From Thermoplasmata archaeon (GTDB lineage: Archaea > Thermoplasmatota > Thermoplasmata > Lutacidiplasmatales > UBA184), in the NCBI GenBank assembly GCA_035623855.1, contig DASPSQ010000005.1, forward strand, positions 2,093 to 66,092: a DNA stretch of 64,000 nucleotides. The letters are read 5' to 3'. Below the pieces are notes generated by a model. The model did not search any database. It worked only from the letters and a program-made list of their open reading frames with translations, and was not told where the DNA came from. This document shows, piece by piece, positions 38,068 to 48,276 of the stretch. The position numbers were made by a program, and so were the translations under genes. How positions within the stretch are numbered: position 1 is the first letter of the stretch; each line of letters starts with the position of its first letter.

Positions 38068-39051
38068 ATGCACCTGGATCCGTTCGAGCTCCACCAGCCG
38101 ACGACCGTCGACGAGACGGTCCGGATCGCCGGCGAGCTCGCCGGTCGGTTCGACTTCCTCGCCGGGGGGACCGACCTCTTACCGAATTACAAAATGCACA
38201 TTAATCTCAAACCCCACCTCGTCGCCCTCGACCGGGTCCCCGAGCTCTCCGGTCACTCGCTCACCCGCCTCGGGGCGATGGAACGGCTCGGGCGGCTCGA
38301 AGACGACCCCGCGTTCCTCGCGGCATATCCGGGCATCGCCGACGCGCTCGCGGACCTTGCGACCCCTCTCGTTCGCGCCAGCGGAACGGTCGGGGGGAAC
38401 CTCCTGGTCGAGACGCGGTGCTTCTTCTTCAACCAGAGCTACTTCTGGCGCGCGAGCCTCGGGTTCTGTCTCAAGGCGGACGGGGACCGCTGCCACGTCG
38501 TGCCGCAGAAAGAACGGTGCTACGCGACGTTCTCCGGGGATCTCGCGCCGCCGCTCCTTGCGCTCGACGCGACGGTCGAGCTGGCCGGCCGCGATGGACG
38601 GCGCACCATCCCGCTCGCCGATCTCTATGATGTCGGGGGCGACGGGATCCACCGTCTCCACCTTCGCCCGGGCGAGCTCCTCGTCTCCGTCGGGTTCCCT
38701 CGAAGTGCTGCAGGGCAGCGGGCCCGGTACAAGAAGCTCCGTGTCCGGCCGTCGTTCGACTTCCCCGAACTCGGGGTTGCCGTCGCGGGTCATTGGACCG
38801 CGGACCGTGTCGACCACCTCCGCCTCGCGATCGGCGGAATCGAGACGTACCCCCATCGGTTTGATGAGCTCACGGATGCTCTAGTAGGTGGCCCGCTCTC
38901 GGAGGCGAAGGTCTCTCTGCTCGCGGAGGAAGTCACGAGGCGGCTCCGCCCCGTCCACAACACGTTCCTCCCTCCGGACTATCGGCGCCGGATGATTGGG
39001 GTCCTCGTGCGTCGTGCGCTCATGGAGTCTCGGGAGGGCCGGACCTCATGA
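38068..39051 (+). CDS. hcrB: XDH-family FAD subunit with [4Fe-4S] insertion (4-hydroxybenzoyl-CoA reductase beta-like)
   Basis: AGGTDLLPN, TVGGNL, and 4-Cys insert RCFFFNQSYFWRASLGFCLKADGDRCHVVPQKERCYA. Confidence 0.82.
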   Translation: MHLDPFELHQPTTVDETVRIAGELAGRFDFLAGGTDLLPNYKMHINLKPHLVALDRVPELSGHSLTRLGAMERLGRLEDDPAFLAAYPGIADALADLATPLVRASGTVGGNLLVETRCFFFNQSYFWRASLGFCLKADGDRCHVVPQKERCYATFSGDLAPPLLALDATVELAGRDGRRTIPLADLYDVGGDGIHRLHLRPGELLVSVGFPRSAAGQRARYKKLRVRPSFDFPELGVAVAGHWTADRVDHLRLAIGGIETYPHRFDELTDALVGGPLSEAKVSLLAEEVTRRLRPVHNTFLPPDYRRRMIGVLVRRALMESREGRTS

Positions 39052-39524
39052 CCCGACCACCCGAGTTCGCTCTCGTGCCGATCCGGGACCTCCATGCGCA
39101 CGAGCAATTCCAGGACGACTGCGTCGTCGCGCTCATGGAGGAGCTCCGCCGCGCCGGCGTCATGAACGAGCCGATCTGGGTCTCGCGCGACTCGCTCGTG
39201 ATCCTGAACGGTCACCACCGGGTCGAGGCGATGCGGCGGATGGGGGCCAGCCGAATGCCCGCGTGGCTCTTCGAGTACGAGTCCGAAGTTGTGAGTCTGG
39301 AGCCGTGGCGCCCGGGGCCTCCCATCCCGAAGGCCGAGGTCATCCGTCGTGGGGTCAGTGGCCATCTCTTCCCGCCGAAGACGACGCGCCACAAGATCCA
39401 GGTCGAGCTTCCGCCGCACCCCACCTCGCTTGCCGACCTTCTCGCGCCGGAGCGCGGACTGGTCTACCCAATGGGTCCTCGGTCGTCCCGGCGGCGGAGC
39501 CCCAGGGCGTCGCGCTCGGAATAG
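39048..39524 (+). CDS. ParB/Srx-fold protein, SerK/SbnI-like
   Basis: LHAHEQ, ILNGHHR, LFPPKTTRH; ATGA overlap with the hcrB-like gene. Confidence 0.7.
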   Translation: MTRPPEFALVPIRDLHAHEQFQDDCVVALMEELRRAGVMNEPIWVSRDSLVILNGHHRVEAMRRMGASRMPAWLFEYESEVVSLEPWRPGPPIPKAEVIRRGVSGHLFPPKTTRHKIQVELPPHPTSLADLLAPERGLVYPMGPRSSRRRSPRASRSE

Positions 39525-40150
39525 GGAAGGGAGAGAGATCCGTCCGCGAACTGTCGGATCGTGTCGGCGAGGAGTTCGACCTCGACCGGATGGAGTCGTG
39601 CGCGCAACGACTCCGCAGTGTCGCCGGGGAGGACCGGAATACGCCGTTGCGCGAGGATCAGCCCCCCATCGACCGCCGTGGTGACAAGGTGAACCGTCGC
39701 GCCGGTTTCAGAATCTCCCGACGCGAGGACGGCCTCGTGGACGTGGGCCCCGTACATCCCGTGGCCTCCGTACCGCGGGAGGAGCGCGGGGTGGATGTTG
39801 ATCACACGACCCTTCCACCGTTCGATCCACGACGGGGGCAGGATCTTGAGGAAGCCGGCAAGGACCACGAGCTCGACGCCCCGCGATTCGAGCTCCGCGG
39901 TCACCCGTTCGGACCAGGCGTCCACCGGCGCGTCCCGCGACGCGACGACCACGCTCGAAAGACCCCGGCGGGCGGCCTTCTCGAGCGCCCCGATCCCCGG
40001 TCGGTTCGCAAGCACGAGGGCGATCCGAGCCGGAAGCGTTCCGTTCGCCGCCAGTTCCGCGAGCGCATCGAGGGTCGTCCCCTCCCCCGAGACCAGGATC
40101 GCGATCGGGAGGGGTCCGATTCGTTTCCCAGGGACCGGGTTCCCGGACAT
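39464..40150 (-). CDS. purN: Phosphoribosylglycinamide formyltransferase
   Basis: LVSGEGTTL, VLAGFLKIL, INIHPALLPRYGG, GATVHLV, DGGLIL. Confidence 0.92.
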   Translation of the reverse strand: MSGNPVPGKRIGPLPIAILVSGEGTTLDALAELAANGTLPARIALVLANRPGIGALEKAARRGLSSVVVASRDAPVDAWSERVTAELESRGVELVVLAGFLKILPPSWIERWKGRVINIHPALLPRYGGHGMYGAHVHEAVLASGDSETGATVHLVTTAVDGGLILAQRRIPVLPGDTAESLRARLHPVEVELLADTIRQFADGSLSLPYSERDALGLRRRDDRGPIG

Positions 40151-41532
40151 CAGAAGAGGGTCGACGAGGTGAACCGGAACGACCGGACGGCCGCGGCGGG
40201 TGTCGTCGCCGCGGCGGTCGCGCGCTCGGCGGGATACGTCCGTCGCTCGCGACCGAGCTGGGTGATGCCCCGGAGCATCGTGAGGACGCTTTCAGTGAAG
40301 CGAAGGTTGCGGACGGGGCCGACGACCTCGCCCCGATCGATCTTGTACGTGCCGTCCCGCGTCATGCCGGTGATGATTCCCTTCCCCGGGTCGACGATCC
40401 GCACGTAATGGAATCGCGTCACGAGGAGACCGCGGCGCGTCGACCGGATGAGTTCCTCCTCGCTCGCGTCCCCCGGAGCCAGGAGGATCCGTGTCGGCTC
40501 GGGGCCGTACGCGCCGAACGGAGCCTCCGGTGGAAGGGCATGGCCGGTGAGCCGACGGCCCATCCGGCCCGCGGTCACGAGATCGGTGACCGCCTCGCCG
40601 GCGACCCCGTGGTCGACCAGGGGGAATCGGTGGGTCCAGGTTCCCTCGTTGTCGATCGCGAACGGGATGGTCGCGGGCGATCGCGGATCGTCCACAAGCT
40701 GGACGAACTCGGGGGCGATGCGCTTGCCGCGGGAATGGGCGAGGCAGCTCCAACCCTCGAGCTCGCCGAAGCCGGCAAACCCGAGGGTTCCGAGGAACTC
40801 GAGAGCCTCCGCCATCGCGGGCCCGCGCAGGACTACGCGGTACGCTCCCGGCTCGACCGGTTGGGGCTCGGTCCGAGCGACGCGCTCGGCCGCCTCTTGG
40901 CCGAGTCGTTCCGCCCCGAGCCGCCGGTAGTCCCAGTGGCCTCCCTCGGACCATCCCGACACCGGGGGATCCTGATCGGGTCGATCGACCAGCACGCTCG
41001 CCTGAGCCGAGGAAAGGGCGTCGGACCGATCGAGACCGGAGGAGTTGACGACCCTCAAGCGTTCGGACCCTACGATCACCACACCGGCCACCCGGGCCCC
41101 CGGAGCACCGTCCCGGGCGGCGGCGAGGATCCGCGCGGCGATCTCGGTCGCACGCTCCGGCGAGAGATCGGCGGTCGGCTCGGAAAACGGCACGCCGGTC
41201 CGTCCCCGTCCGCCGTCCGGTGGGAAGCCGGGGAACTTCGGTTCCACCGGTGCCACCCGGGCGAGCGAGCGCGCCGCGTCCCGGACCGCCGCGAGGCCGT
41301 CCGCCGAGACATCGACGGTTGTCGCGGTGCCGAGGCGACCGTCTTCGGCAACGCGGAACGACACGTGCGTCGAGCGCTCGAGGTGGGGTTGGTGGATCCG
41401 GCCGTTCGCGAACCGGATCGTGGTCCACGATCGTCGCGCGATCCGGACGTCCGCGGTCACCCCGGACGGGAGTGTTCCGAGGGCATCCGTGACCGGGTCC
41501 CTCCGACGGGAACGGGAGCCGGGCACGATCAT
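40150..41532 (-). CDS. tldE: TldE/PmbA family protein
   Basis: IRFANGRIHQ, PGAYRVVL, GLLVTRFHY, TGMTRDGT, PVRNLRFTES; no HExxxH. Confidence 0.85.
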   Translation of the reverse strand: MIVPGSRSRRRDPVTDALGTLPSGVTADVRIARRSWTTIRFANGRIHQPHLERSTHVSFRVAEDGRLGTATTVDVSADGLAAVRDAARSLARVAPVEPKFPGFPPDGGRGRTGVPFSEPTADLSPERATEIAARILAAARDGAPGARVAGVVIVGSERLRVVNSSGLDRSDALSSAQASVLVDRPDQDPPVSGWSEGGHWDYRRLGAERLGQEAAERVARTEPQPVEPGAYRVVLRGPAMAEALEFLGTLGFAGFGELEGWSCLAHSRGKRIAPEFVQLVDDPRSPATIPFAIDNEGTWTHRFPLVDHGVAGEAVTDLVTAGRMGRRLTGHALPPEAPFGAYGPEPTRILLAPGDASEEELIRSTRRGLLVTRFHYVRIVDPGKGIITGMTRDGTYKIDRGEVVGPVRNLRFTESVLTMLRGITQLGRERRTYPAERATAAATTPAAAVRSFRFTSSTLF

Positions 41533-42980
41533 CCTCCTCGGACCGAGACGTTCCGGAACCGCGCGACCGGCGCCCCGTGGCTCACGCGCGCGATCTGGCC
41601 CGGCTGACCCTTGCCGCAGTTCGGTACTCCCCAGAGGTGCCAGGTGGTCGCATTCCCGACGGCGTCCATCGAGCTCCAGAACGTCGGGCCCATCCCCGCG
41701 TAGATCGGGTTGCGGACGATCTCGCCGAGCTCGCCGCGGACGATCCGTCGGCCGATCTCGGTCCCGAATTGGAAATTCAATCGCTTGTCGTCGATCGACC
41801 AGGAGCGATTCGTCTCGAGGTACACTCCGTCCGTGACGTCGCGCAGGACCTCCTCCAGACTGAGGTCCCCCGGCAGGAGGTCCACGTTGGTCATCCGGAC
41901 GAGCGGCGCCCGGTCGGCCCCATCCGCCCTCGCCGTGCCACCGGATCGTGGGAGGCCGAGCTCCGCCGCCGATTCTCGGGACGAAAGAACCCCCACGAGC
42001 GTCCCCCGGTCGATGATCGGCAGGCGCTGGCCGGGAACCCCTTCGTCGTCCCAGCCAAACGTGCCGAGACCGCCCGGTTCGGTCGCGTCCGCCACCACGT
42101 TCATCGCGTTGCTCCCGTACCGGAGCGATCCGATCCGCGCCGCCGGGACCCAGCTCGTTCCCGCGTACGCGGCCTCGCTGCCAAAGATTCGATCGAGCTC
42201 CACCGCGTGACCCACACTTTCATGGACCTGCAGGCCGAGCTGGTCCGATCCCAGAACGAGCGTCATGGTCCCCGTCGGACAGACGGGCGCGTCGAGAAGC
42301 GTGGCCGCTTCTTCTCCGACCCGCTCGGCCCGCTCGACCAGCGCAAGCGATTCGACGAACTCGAACCCCGCCTGTCGGAAGTCCCCGCCAAACGACGTGG
42401 GGGCGCTCCTCCGCTGCACGTTCGAGCCCCGGACTGCGGTCGCGCTGATCCCTGCGCCCACGTGAACGATCCGAGAGCTGAACGACCCGCCCTCCGTCGA
42501 CCCGAACGTCTTCGTCTCGTCCCAGGCCTGAAACGTCGCGACGCCCGTCTTGATCTCCCGGCGGACATGGAGCCGGGACTCCGCCTCCGACAAGAGCCCC
42601 ACGATCGTTTCGCGCGGGACCTCGAAGGGGTCCGTTTTGAGGGGAGTGGAGTACCGCCCCTCTCGCGGAGGCGGATCGTCCGTGACTTTGAGACGGCCCG
42701 GGGCCGATCGGCCCGCGGCCCGGGCGAGGCGAACCGCCGTCCGGGCCGCCTCTCGTGCGGCGGCCGGGCTCAATTCCGACGTACCCGCGAACCCCCACGC
42801 CTGATCGGTCCGAACGCGCACACCGATGGACTCGCTCCGAGCATCCGTCAGCGCGTGCGCTTGGCCGTCCCGGATCGCGAGGTGGAGCGTTCGCTGAGGA
42901 GCGACGATCCGGACGTCCGCGTACCGGACGCCCGCCGCTTCCGCCACAGACAGTGCGATGCGGGCAAGGTCCTCCGCCAC
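41529..42980 (-). CDS. tldD: TldD metalloprotease
   Basis: YADVR, HESVGHAVELDR, GWDDEG, RMTN, SWSIDDKRLNFQFG, NCGKGQP, HGAP. Confidence 0.9.
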   Translation of the reverse strand: MAEDLARIALSVAEAAGVRYADVRIVAPQRTLHLAIRDGQAHALTDARSESIGVRVRTDQAWGFAGTSELSPAAAREAARTAVRLARAAGRSAPGRLKVTDDPPPREGRYSTPLKTDPFEVPRETIVGLLSEAESRLHVRREIKTGVATFQAWDETKTFGSTEGGSFSSRIVHVGAGISATAVRGSNVQRRSAPTSFGGDFRQAGFEFVESLALVERAERVGEEAATLLDAPVCPTGTMTLVLGSDQLGLQVHESVGHAVELDRIFGSEAAYAGTSWVPAARIGSLRYGSNAMNVVADATEPGGLGTFGWDDEGVPGQRLPIIDRGTLVGVLSSRESAAELGLPRSGGTARADGADRAPLVRMTNVDLLPGDLSLEEVLRDVTDGVYLETNRSWSIDDKRLNFQFGTEIGRRIVRGELGEIVRNPIYAGMGPTFWSSMDAVGNATTWHLWGVPNCGKGQPGQIARVSHGAPVARFRNVSVRGG

Positions 42981-43270
42981 GGTGCCCTCCCCGGCCCAGG
43001 GAGTCGACCGGCCGCTTAACCTTCACCCGGAGACGCTCGCGATGCCTCGTCGACCGTGTCCGGCGGCAGCACTGCGCTTTCCGCCTTCCGCGAGCAAGCG
43101 CTGCGGCCCCCGGTTCTGGCACGTCGGTCTCGTGGACCTCGCGGCCGGGACGGCACCCCCCGAATCTTCCGGCCCTCCCTCCCGTAGAGCCCGTTCGAGG
43201 GAATCCGCCTCCGAACACTCCGGACGAACGGCAGATAAGCACCCCCGCGGTCCGCTCCTACGATCCCAAG

Positions 43271-43990
43271 ATGTCGGACGCACGCTGGGAAACGGTAGAC
43301 CACTATATCGAACATCTTCTGGTTCGGCGCGACGCCGGAATGGAGGCTGCGCTGCGCGAAAGTGCTGCTGCCGGGCTCCCGACGATTCAGGTGAGTCCTC
43401 TGCAGGGTAAGTCCCTCCAGCTCCTGGTGGCGAGCCTCGGAGTTCGGCGGGTACTCGAGATCGGCACCCTGGGAGAGTACAGCGCGATCTGGATGGCACG
43501 GGCGTTACCCAGCCACGGTCGGATCGTGACGCTGGAGGCCGATCCTCGCCACGCTGAAGTGGCACGCTCGAACTTCGCCCGGGCACGCGTCTCCGAAAAG
43601 ATCGAGGTGCGGGTGGGCCCTGCGCTAAAGACCCTGCCCGACCTCGCTCGGGAGGGAGGGGAACCGTTCGACCTCGTGTTCATCGACGCCGACAAACCGA
43701 ACACCGCGGCGTACTTCGACTGGGCGATGCGCCTGGCCCGCCCCGGCGCGGTCATTGTGGTCGACAACGTCGTCCGGCAGGGAGCGCTTGCGGACCCCTC
43801 GAACCCCGATTCGAGTGTTCGGGGGATGCGCCGGTTCCTGGAGCGGGTCGCTGCCGAGCCACGGGCGGAAGGAACGGTCGTTCAGACGGTAGGGGCCAAG
43901 GGGTACGATGGGTTCGCGCTCGTGCGCGTAGCGCCGCCGACTCCATCGCCGGCCGAGTCCGACGAATCGAAAAGACCCCGCGTCCGGTGA
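43271..43990 (+). CDS. O-methyltransferase (caffeoyl-CoA OMT/YrrM family)
   Basis: VLEIGTLGEYS, FDLVFIDADK, VIVVDNV, KGYDGF. Confidence 0.88.
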   Translation: MSDARWETVDHYIEHLLVRRDAGMEAALRESAAAGLPTIQVSPLQGKSLQLLVASLGVRRVLEIGTLGEYSAIWMARALPSHGRIVTLEADPRHAEVARSNFARARVSEKIEVRVGPALKTLPDLAREGGEPFDLVFIDADKPNTAAYFDWAMRLARPGAVIVVDNVVRQGALADPSNPDSSVRGMRRFLERVAAEPRAEGTVVQTVGAKGYDGFALVRVAPPTPSPAESDESKRPRVR

Positions 43991-44033
43991 ACGGATCGGG
44001 AAGTGGGGACCCGCTCCGTTTCCGGCCGGCCCG

Positions 44034-44507
44034 GTGATTCCGTCGATCGAGCAATGGACTTTACCGCTCGGTGAGTACCGCCGGTTCGGAGGAACCGTGG
44101 ATCCTCAAGAGCGGGCGCGCAAGGAACACGAGCGGGTCATGAAGGCCCGCGAGCGGCTCAAGTTCCGTGTTTACGCTGCCGCCCGGTCGGCGGTGCTTGC
44201 GACCGAGTTCTTCCGCTCCCACTCCGAGCTCTACGAGCCCGAGATTGTCGTCAACGTGTACGCCCCGTACGTCGACGTGAATGCGTCGTTGACGGAAGGG
44301 CAGGTCCGCCTACTGCCCGTGAACGGACGTTCCCGCGAACTGACCCGGTTCGCCGAGGAGCTGCGGGTGGGTCTTCAGCGGGCAGCGACGTCGCTCGGTC
44401 TTGAATTCACCGAGGACCTGAGCCGCTATGGGGGCTCCCAACCGGTCATGCTGGTGGACGTGCCGTGCGGGATCCACGCGATCCTTCTCCGACATGGGCC
44501 GGAGTAG
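44034..44507 (+). CDS. Hypothetical protein
   Basis: Fills the gap between the OMT and tfb with natural composition; no motif recognised; start uncertain. Confidence 0.45.
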   Translation: MIPSIEQWTLPLGEYRRFGGTVDPQERARKEHERVMKARERLKFRVYAAARSAVLATEFFRSHSELYEPEIVVNVYAPYVDVNASLTEGQVRLLPVNGRSRELTRFAEELRVGLQRAATSLGLEFTEDLSRYGGSQPVMLVDVPCGIHAILLRHGPE

Positions 44508-44559
44508 GGAATCCGTACCCCGTCGGTCCGGACCTTCCGATCGAACGAGCCGACACCGC

Positions 44560-45531
44560 TCAGAGCATCACACGCAAGTTCAGCTTCTCGGTGAGCTCCT
44601 TGTACCGGTTCCGGATGGTCACCTCGGTGACCCCCGCGACCTCGGCGACCTCGCGCTGGGTGCGCCGCTCGCCGCACTGGACGCTCGCGATGTAGATCGC
44701 GGCGGCCGCGACCCCCGTGGGCCCGCGACCGCTCGTCAGCTCGCGCTCCGTCGCGTCCTTGAGGATCTCGTTCGCCCGGGTCTGGATCTCGCCCTTGAGC
44801 TTGAGCTCGGAGCAGAACCGCTGGATGTAATCCTGCGGCCGCGTGGGCATGAGCTTCAGCTGAAGCTCGCGCGTCATGAACCGGTAGGTCCGGCCGATCT
44901 CCTTGCGGCCGATGTGCGACTTGGAGGCGATCTCGTCGAGCGTGCGTGGCACGTTGCACTGGCGGCAGCTACCGTAGAGGGACGCCGCGACGACCCCCTC
45001 GATAGAGCGGCCGCGGATCAGGTTGCGGTTGACGGCTTTCCGGTAGATCATCGCAGCGGTCTCGCGGACGTTCCGGGGGAGCGCCATCCCGGAGGCGATC
45101 CGGTCGAGCTCGGCAAGGGCGAACGCGAGGTTCCGTTCGGTGGCGTTGGAGACCCGGATCCGTCGCTGCCATTTCCTCAGCCGATAGAGCTGCGCACGGT
45201 TGCGAGTCGGGATCGACTTGCCGTACGGATCGCGGTTCTTCCAGCCGATCTCCGTGGAAAGGCCCTTGTCGTGGATCGTGAGGGTCGTCGGGGCGCCGGT
45301 GCGCGCGCGCTTCTCCCCCTGTTCCGCGTCGAACGCCCGCCAGTCGGGGCCCTGGTCGATCATCGACTCTTCGAGAACGAGCCCACACTCGTCGCAGACG
45401 AGTTCGCCCCGCTCGTAGTCCCGCGTGAGGTGGGTCGATCCACAGCTCGTGCAGCGCGTGGGGACCACGAGGTCCTCAGCCCGGGAGGGGCCTTTCTCGG
45501 GCTCGGTGGGAGGAGCTTCCTCGTTGTGCAT
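44560..45531 (-). CDS. tfb: Transcription initiation factor IIB (TFB)
   Basis: Zn ribbon CTSCG...[22 protein letters not shown], two cyclin repeats (RGRSIE; GRGPTG), [12 protein letters not shown]. Confidence 0.96.
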   Translation of the reverse strand: MHNEEAPPTEPEKGPSRAEDLVVPTRCTSCGSTHLTRDYERGELVCDECGLVLEESMIDQGPDWRAFDAEQGEKRARTGAPTTLTIHDKGLSTEIGWKNRDPYGKSIPTRNRAQLYRLRKWQRRIRVSNATERNLAFALAELDRIASGMALPRNVRETAAMIYRKAVNRNLIRGRSIEGVVAASLYGSCRQCNVPRTLDEIASKSHIGRKEIGRTYRFMTRELQLKLMPTRPQDYIQRFCSELKLKGEIQTRANEILKDATERELTSGRGPTGVAAAAIYIASVQCGERRTQREVAEVAGVTEVTIRNRYKELTEKLNLRVML

Positions 45532-45544
45532 CGCCGCCTCGACG

Positions 45545-45772
45545 TCAGGACTCCCGAACGAGTGAACTCCCGAGGAGGGCGAGGCCCTCGGCAGGGGAAG
45601 GCATGCGACGGGGTCGCACGGAGAGGTAGGGCCGGGCGACCGGACCGAAGACCCGAACGACGCGCCCGCGAAGAATTCCGCGCGAGTCTCGGACCGGCGT
45701 TCCCTCGGGAACGGCCTCCGGGCCACTCGAGCGGACCGTAAGAAGTCCGTTCGGCGTCACGGAGAGTATCAT
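45545..45772 (-). CDS. gar1: H/ACA RNP protein Gar1/Naf1
   Basis: [23 protein letters not shown]; the gar1-tfb adjacency is conserved in archaea. Start may extend to 45814. Confidence 0.82.
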   Translation of the reverse strand: MILSVTPNGLLTVRSSGPEAVPEGTPVRDSRGILRGRVVRVFGPVARPYLSVRPRRMPSPAEGLALLGSSLVRES

Positions 45773-45848
45773 ACCGAGGTCGCGCGCTGTCGTGGGACCA
45801 CCGGCTCTCGGCAAGGGGTATAAACGACTTGCGATATGTATTTAAGCG

Positions 45849-46955
45849 TTACGCACGAGGTCGAGGGCGGGTCCGAGCGCGATTCGGTACGGGCAGGCCG
45901 TCCGGGTCCACCTCGGAATCGGCCCCGTTCGATAGCTCGGGGGGAACGTACGGCACGTAGTACGACGGGCTCATCTCGGTGGGCACGGGCCGCTCCTCCC
46001 CTTTCTCCTGCTCGACCGGGACGGCTCCCTCCTCGGTGCTCGGCGCGGTGGTCGGCGCCTCCGCCCCTTCCGAAGCGGGAGCTCGACGGGTCGCGAGCGG
46101 CGGACCTTCCGTCGCCCGTTTGCGCTCCCCGGCCAGTTGCGTGACTTCGGCCCAGAGGGCCTCGATCTCCTCTTCCGGGGTACCGTAGCGTCGCTCCTCG
46201 CTGATCGCGGCCCGGACCTGCGCCATGAGGCGCGCGGCGCTCTGCGCGTTCTGAGCCTTCGTCTTGATCCGCTGGATCCGACGCGCGAGGTTGCGCGCCT
46301 CGAGCAGGATCTCGGCCTCCTCCTCCTGCGGAGTGACCGCCGGGAGCGCGGGGGCGCGGGGGATGCGCACGACCGCACGCCGGCACTCGACGAGACGCTG
46401 GGCGGCCGTGGGGATGTTCTGGTCCTGGACCGCCTGCAGGAGCCGCGCGAAGACGCGGGTCACGTCGCTGACGTCTTCGCCGCGGTCCCGGGCCTGGCGC
46501 ATCGACACACCGAGCTGTTGCGCCTCCTGCACGACAAATTTCGGGATCGCGTCGTTGAGAACCGCGAGGGCGAGCGACGCGCTCGCCGCGGCCTTCTGGA
46601 GCGAGCCCATGCTGAGCGGCTCGTCCTTGAGCCGCTGCCGGGGGTTCCCGACGCGGCGATCGAGGTGCACGACGTCCACTCCGATCGATTCCGCGACCGA
46701 CCGGAGCTCGTCCGCGCGGCGGAGAAGCTCGCGGACCCAGGTCCAATCCGGCCGGACCCGGGCGAGCAGCGCCTCCCCTCGCTTCACGACGAGGTTCGCC
46801 TCGCTCTGCTGCCCTCCACGGATCGCCTCCTCGTACGCCGCCGAGATTTGGTCCGTCGGGAACGGGAGGCCCTCCGACTCGAGGACGTGACCCTGCTCGA
46901 CGAGCGCGTCGAGCCGTGCCTTCCATGGGTCCGCCGGCCGGTTCTCGGGCTTCAC
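45849..46955 (-). CDS. Alpha-helical repeat/coiled-coil hypothetical protein
   Basis: Helical repeats beginning GLPF, GVDV, GEDV; acidic Pro-rich tail. Confidence 0.7.
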   Translation of the reverse strand: MKPENRPADPWKARLDALVEQGHVLESEGLPFPTDQISAAYEEAIRGGQQSEANLVVKRGEALLARVRPDWTWVRELLRRADELRSVAESIGVDVVHLDRRVGNPRQRLKDEPLSMGSLQKAAASASLALAVLNDAIPKFVVQEAQQLGVSMRQARDRGEDVSDVTRVFARLLQAVQDQNIPTAAQRLVECRRAVVRIPRAPALPAVTPQEEEAEILLEARNLARRIQRIKTKAQNAQSAARLMAQVRAAISEERRYGTPEEEIEALWAEVTQLAGERKRATEGPPLATRRAPASEGAEAPTTAPSTEEGAVPVEQEKGEERPVPTEMSPSYYVPYVPPELSNGADSEVDPDGLPVPNRARTRPRPRA

Positions 46956-46958
46956 GGC

Positions 46959-48200
46959 CTAGGACCCCTGCACATCGGCGGACAGCATTCGCATCAGCCG
47001 GCTCAACGTCAAGTCCGCCTCTTTCAGCTGCCGCGCCCGGAGCAGTTCGGTCGCCTCGCGGATCTGGATCGCGGCGTCGTGCGCCGTCTCGCTGTCCGGA
47101 GGGAGCGTTCGTACCCGACCCGCGAGCGTCCGAGCCTTCTTGAGGAGACGGTCGAGCATCGCCTCCTCCGACTCCGCTGGTTCGGGTGGCGCGGGAGGAG
47201 CCGGCGGGGGTGGCGCGGTCTTCTTCTCGAGCTCGAGAAGCTCCGCCCGAAGGTCCCGGACGCTCTGGACGGCCTCCGAGAGGCGGCCCTTCTTGAGGTG
47301 ACGGGTCGCCTCCAAGTGGAGGCGCCGGGCGGCGGCGCTCACCGAGGAGTCGTCCGGGTATTTGCTCAACGCCGCTTCGTGGCGCGCGAGCTCCGTCTCG
47401 AGCGAGGACGGGATCGCCTCGTGGAGCAGCATCAACGTCTGGGCCGCTTCCTCGGCGATCCGGTCGAGCGCGTCCTCCGAGAGGGACGGTCCCGCGATGT
47501 GGTCGCGAATCGCCTCGATCTCGCTCGAGATTTCTCCCAGAGGGAATCCGAGCTCTTCGGCCTCGGCGCGGAGCCCCTGGATCTGCGAGAGGAGCCCCTG
47601 GAGGCCCTTCCAATCGGCTTCGAACTGGCCGATCCGCTGCTCGGCGGCGACGAGGAGGTTCGCCGCCTCCTCCCGCTCACCGGAATCGATCGCGCCGTTG
47701 AGCTCGGCCAGGTCTCCGCCGAGGGCGAAGTGGACCCCGGTCTTCTCGAGGGCGGACCGCCGATCGGCGAGCAGCTGCGCGCGGGTCCGAAGGACTTCAT
47801 CCGTCTGCGTCTCGAGCCGCTGCTGGGCCGATCGGAGGATGTCGAGCGCTTCCGCGACGCGTCCCTCGGCTTCGCTCAGAGCCGCCTCGCAAAGCTCCGC
47901 GGTGACATCCGGCCCCGGACCGAGCCCGCGGACGAGGTCCATCTTGGAGCGAAGGTCGCGGCTGATCGCCGCGTTCAGTTCCTCCTCCGCGGACAGAGGA
48001 ACTGCCGCGGGTGTTGGACGGGGCTCAACGGCTGCGACCGGTCCGTCCGCGACCAAACTGTCGGTCTCCTCGTCCGAGATCGATCGAAGCCCCTCGATCG
48101 CGAGCGCCGTCGGAAAGCCACAGACCGAGCAATGCACGGCGGTCGACGCGATGGGCTGCTCGCAGATCGGACAACTCGACGGCACGGGCGACCTGTTCAC
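46959..48200 (-). CDS. Zinc-ribbon plus alpha-helical repeat protein
   Basis: CPICE...HCSVCG N-terminus followed by helical repeats; stop lies 3 nt before the next gene. Confidence 0.72.
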   Translation of the reverse strand: MNRSPVPSSCPICEQPIASTAVHCSVCGFPTALAIEGLRSISDEETDSLVADGPVAAVEPRPTPAAVPLSAEEELNAAISRDLRSKMDLVRGLGPGPDVTAELCEAALSEAEGRVAEALDILRSAQQRLETQTDEVLRTRAQLLADRRSALEKTGVHFALGGDLAELNGAIDSGEREEAANLLVAAEQRIGQFEADWKGLQGLLSQIQGLRAEAEELGFPLGEISSEIEAIRDHIAGPSLSEDALDRIAEEAAQTLMLLHEAIPSSLETELARHEAALSKYPDDSSVSAAARRLHLEATRHLKKGRLSEAVQSVRDLRAELLELEKKTAPPPPAPPAPPEPAESEEAMLDRLLKKARTLAGRVRTLPPDSETAHDAAIQIREATELLRARQLKEADLTLSRLMRMLSADVQGS

Positions 48201-48276
48201 TCTGGAAAGCGATGGGCCTGCCCTTAAGGACTTCTCCCGAGGGTCCTCCCGGTTCCCCCGAGACGCCGGCCGACGA

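Noticed and set aside
35267..39051. Aerobic CO dehydrogenase (coxMSL)
   Set aside because: The large subunit lacks the AYxCSFR/AYRGAGR motif; it has AMRAHG instead.
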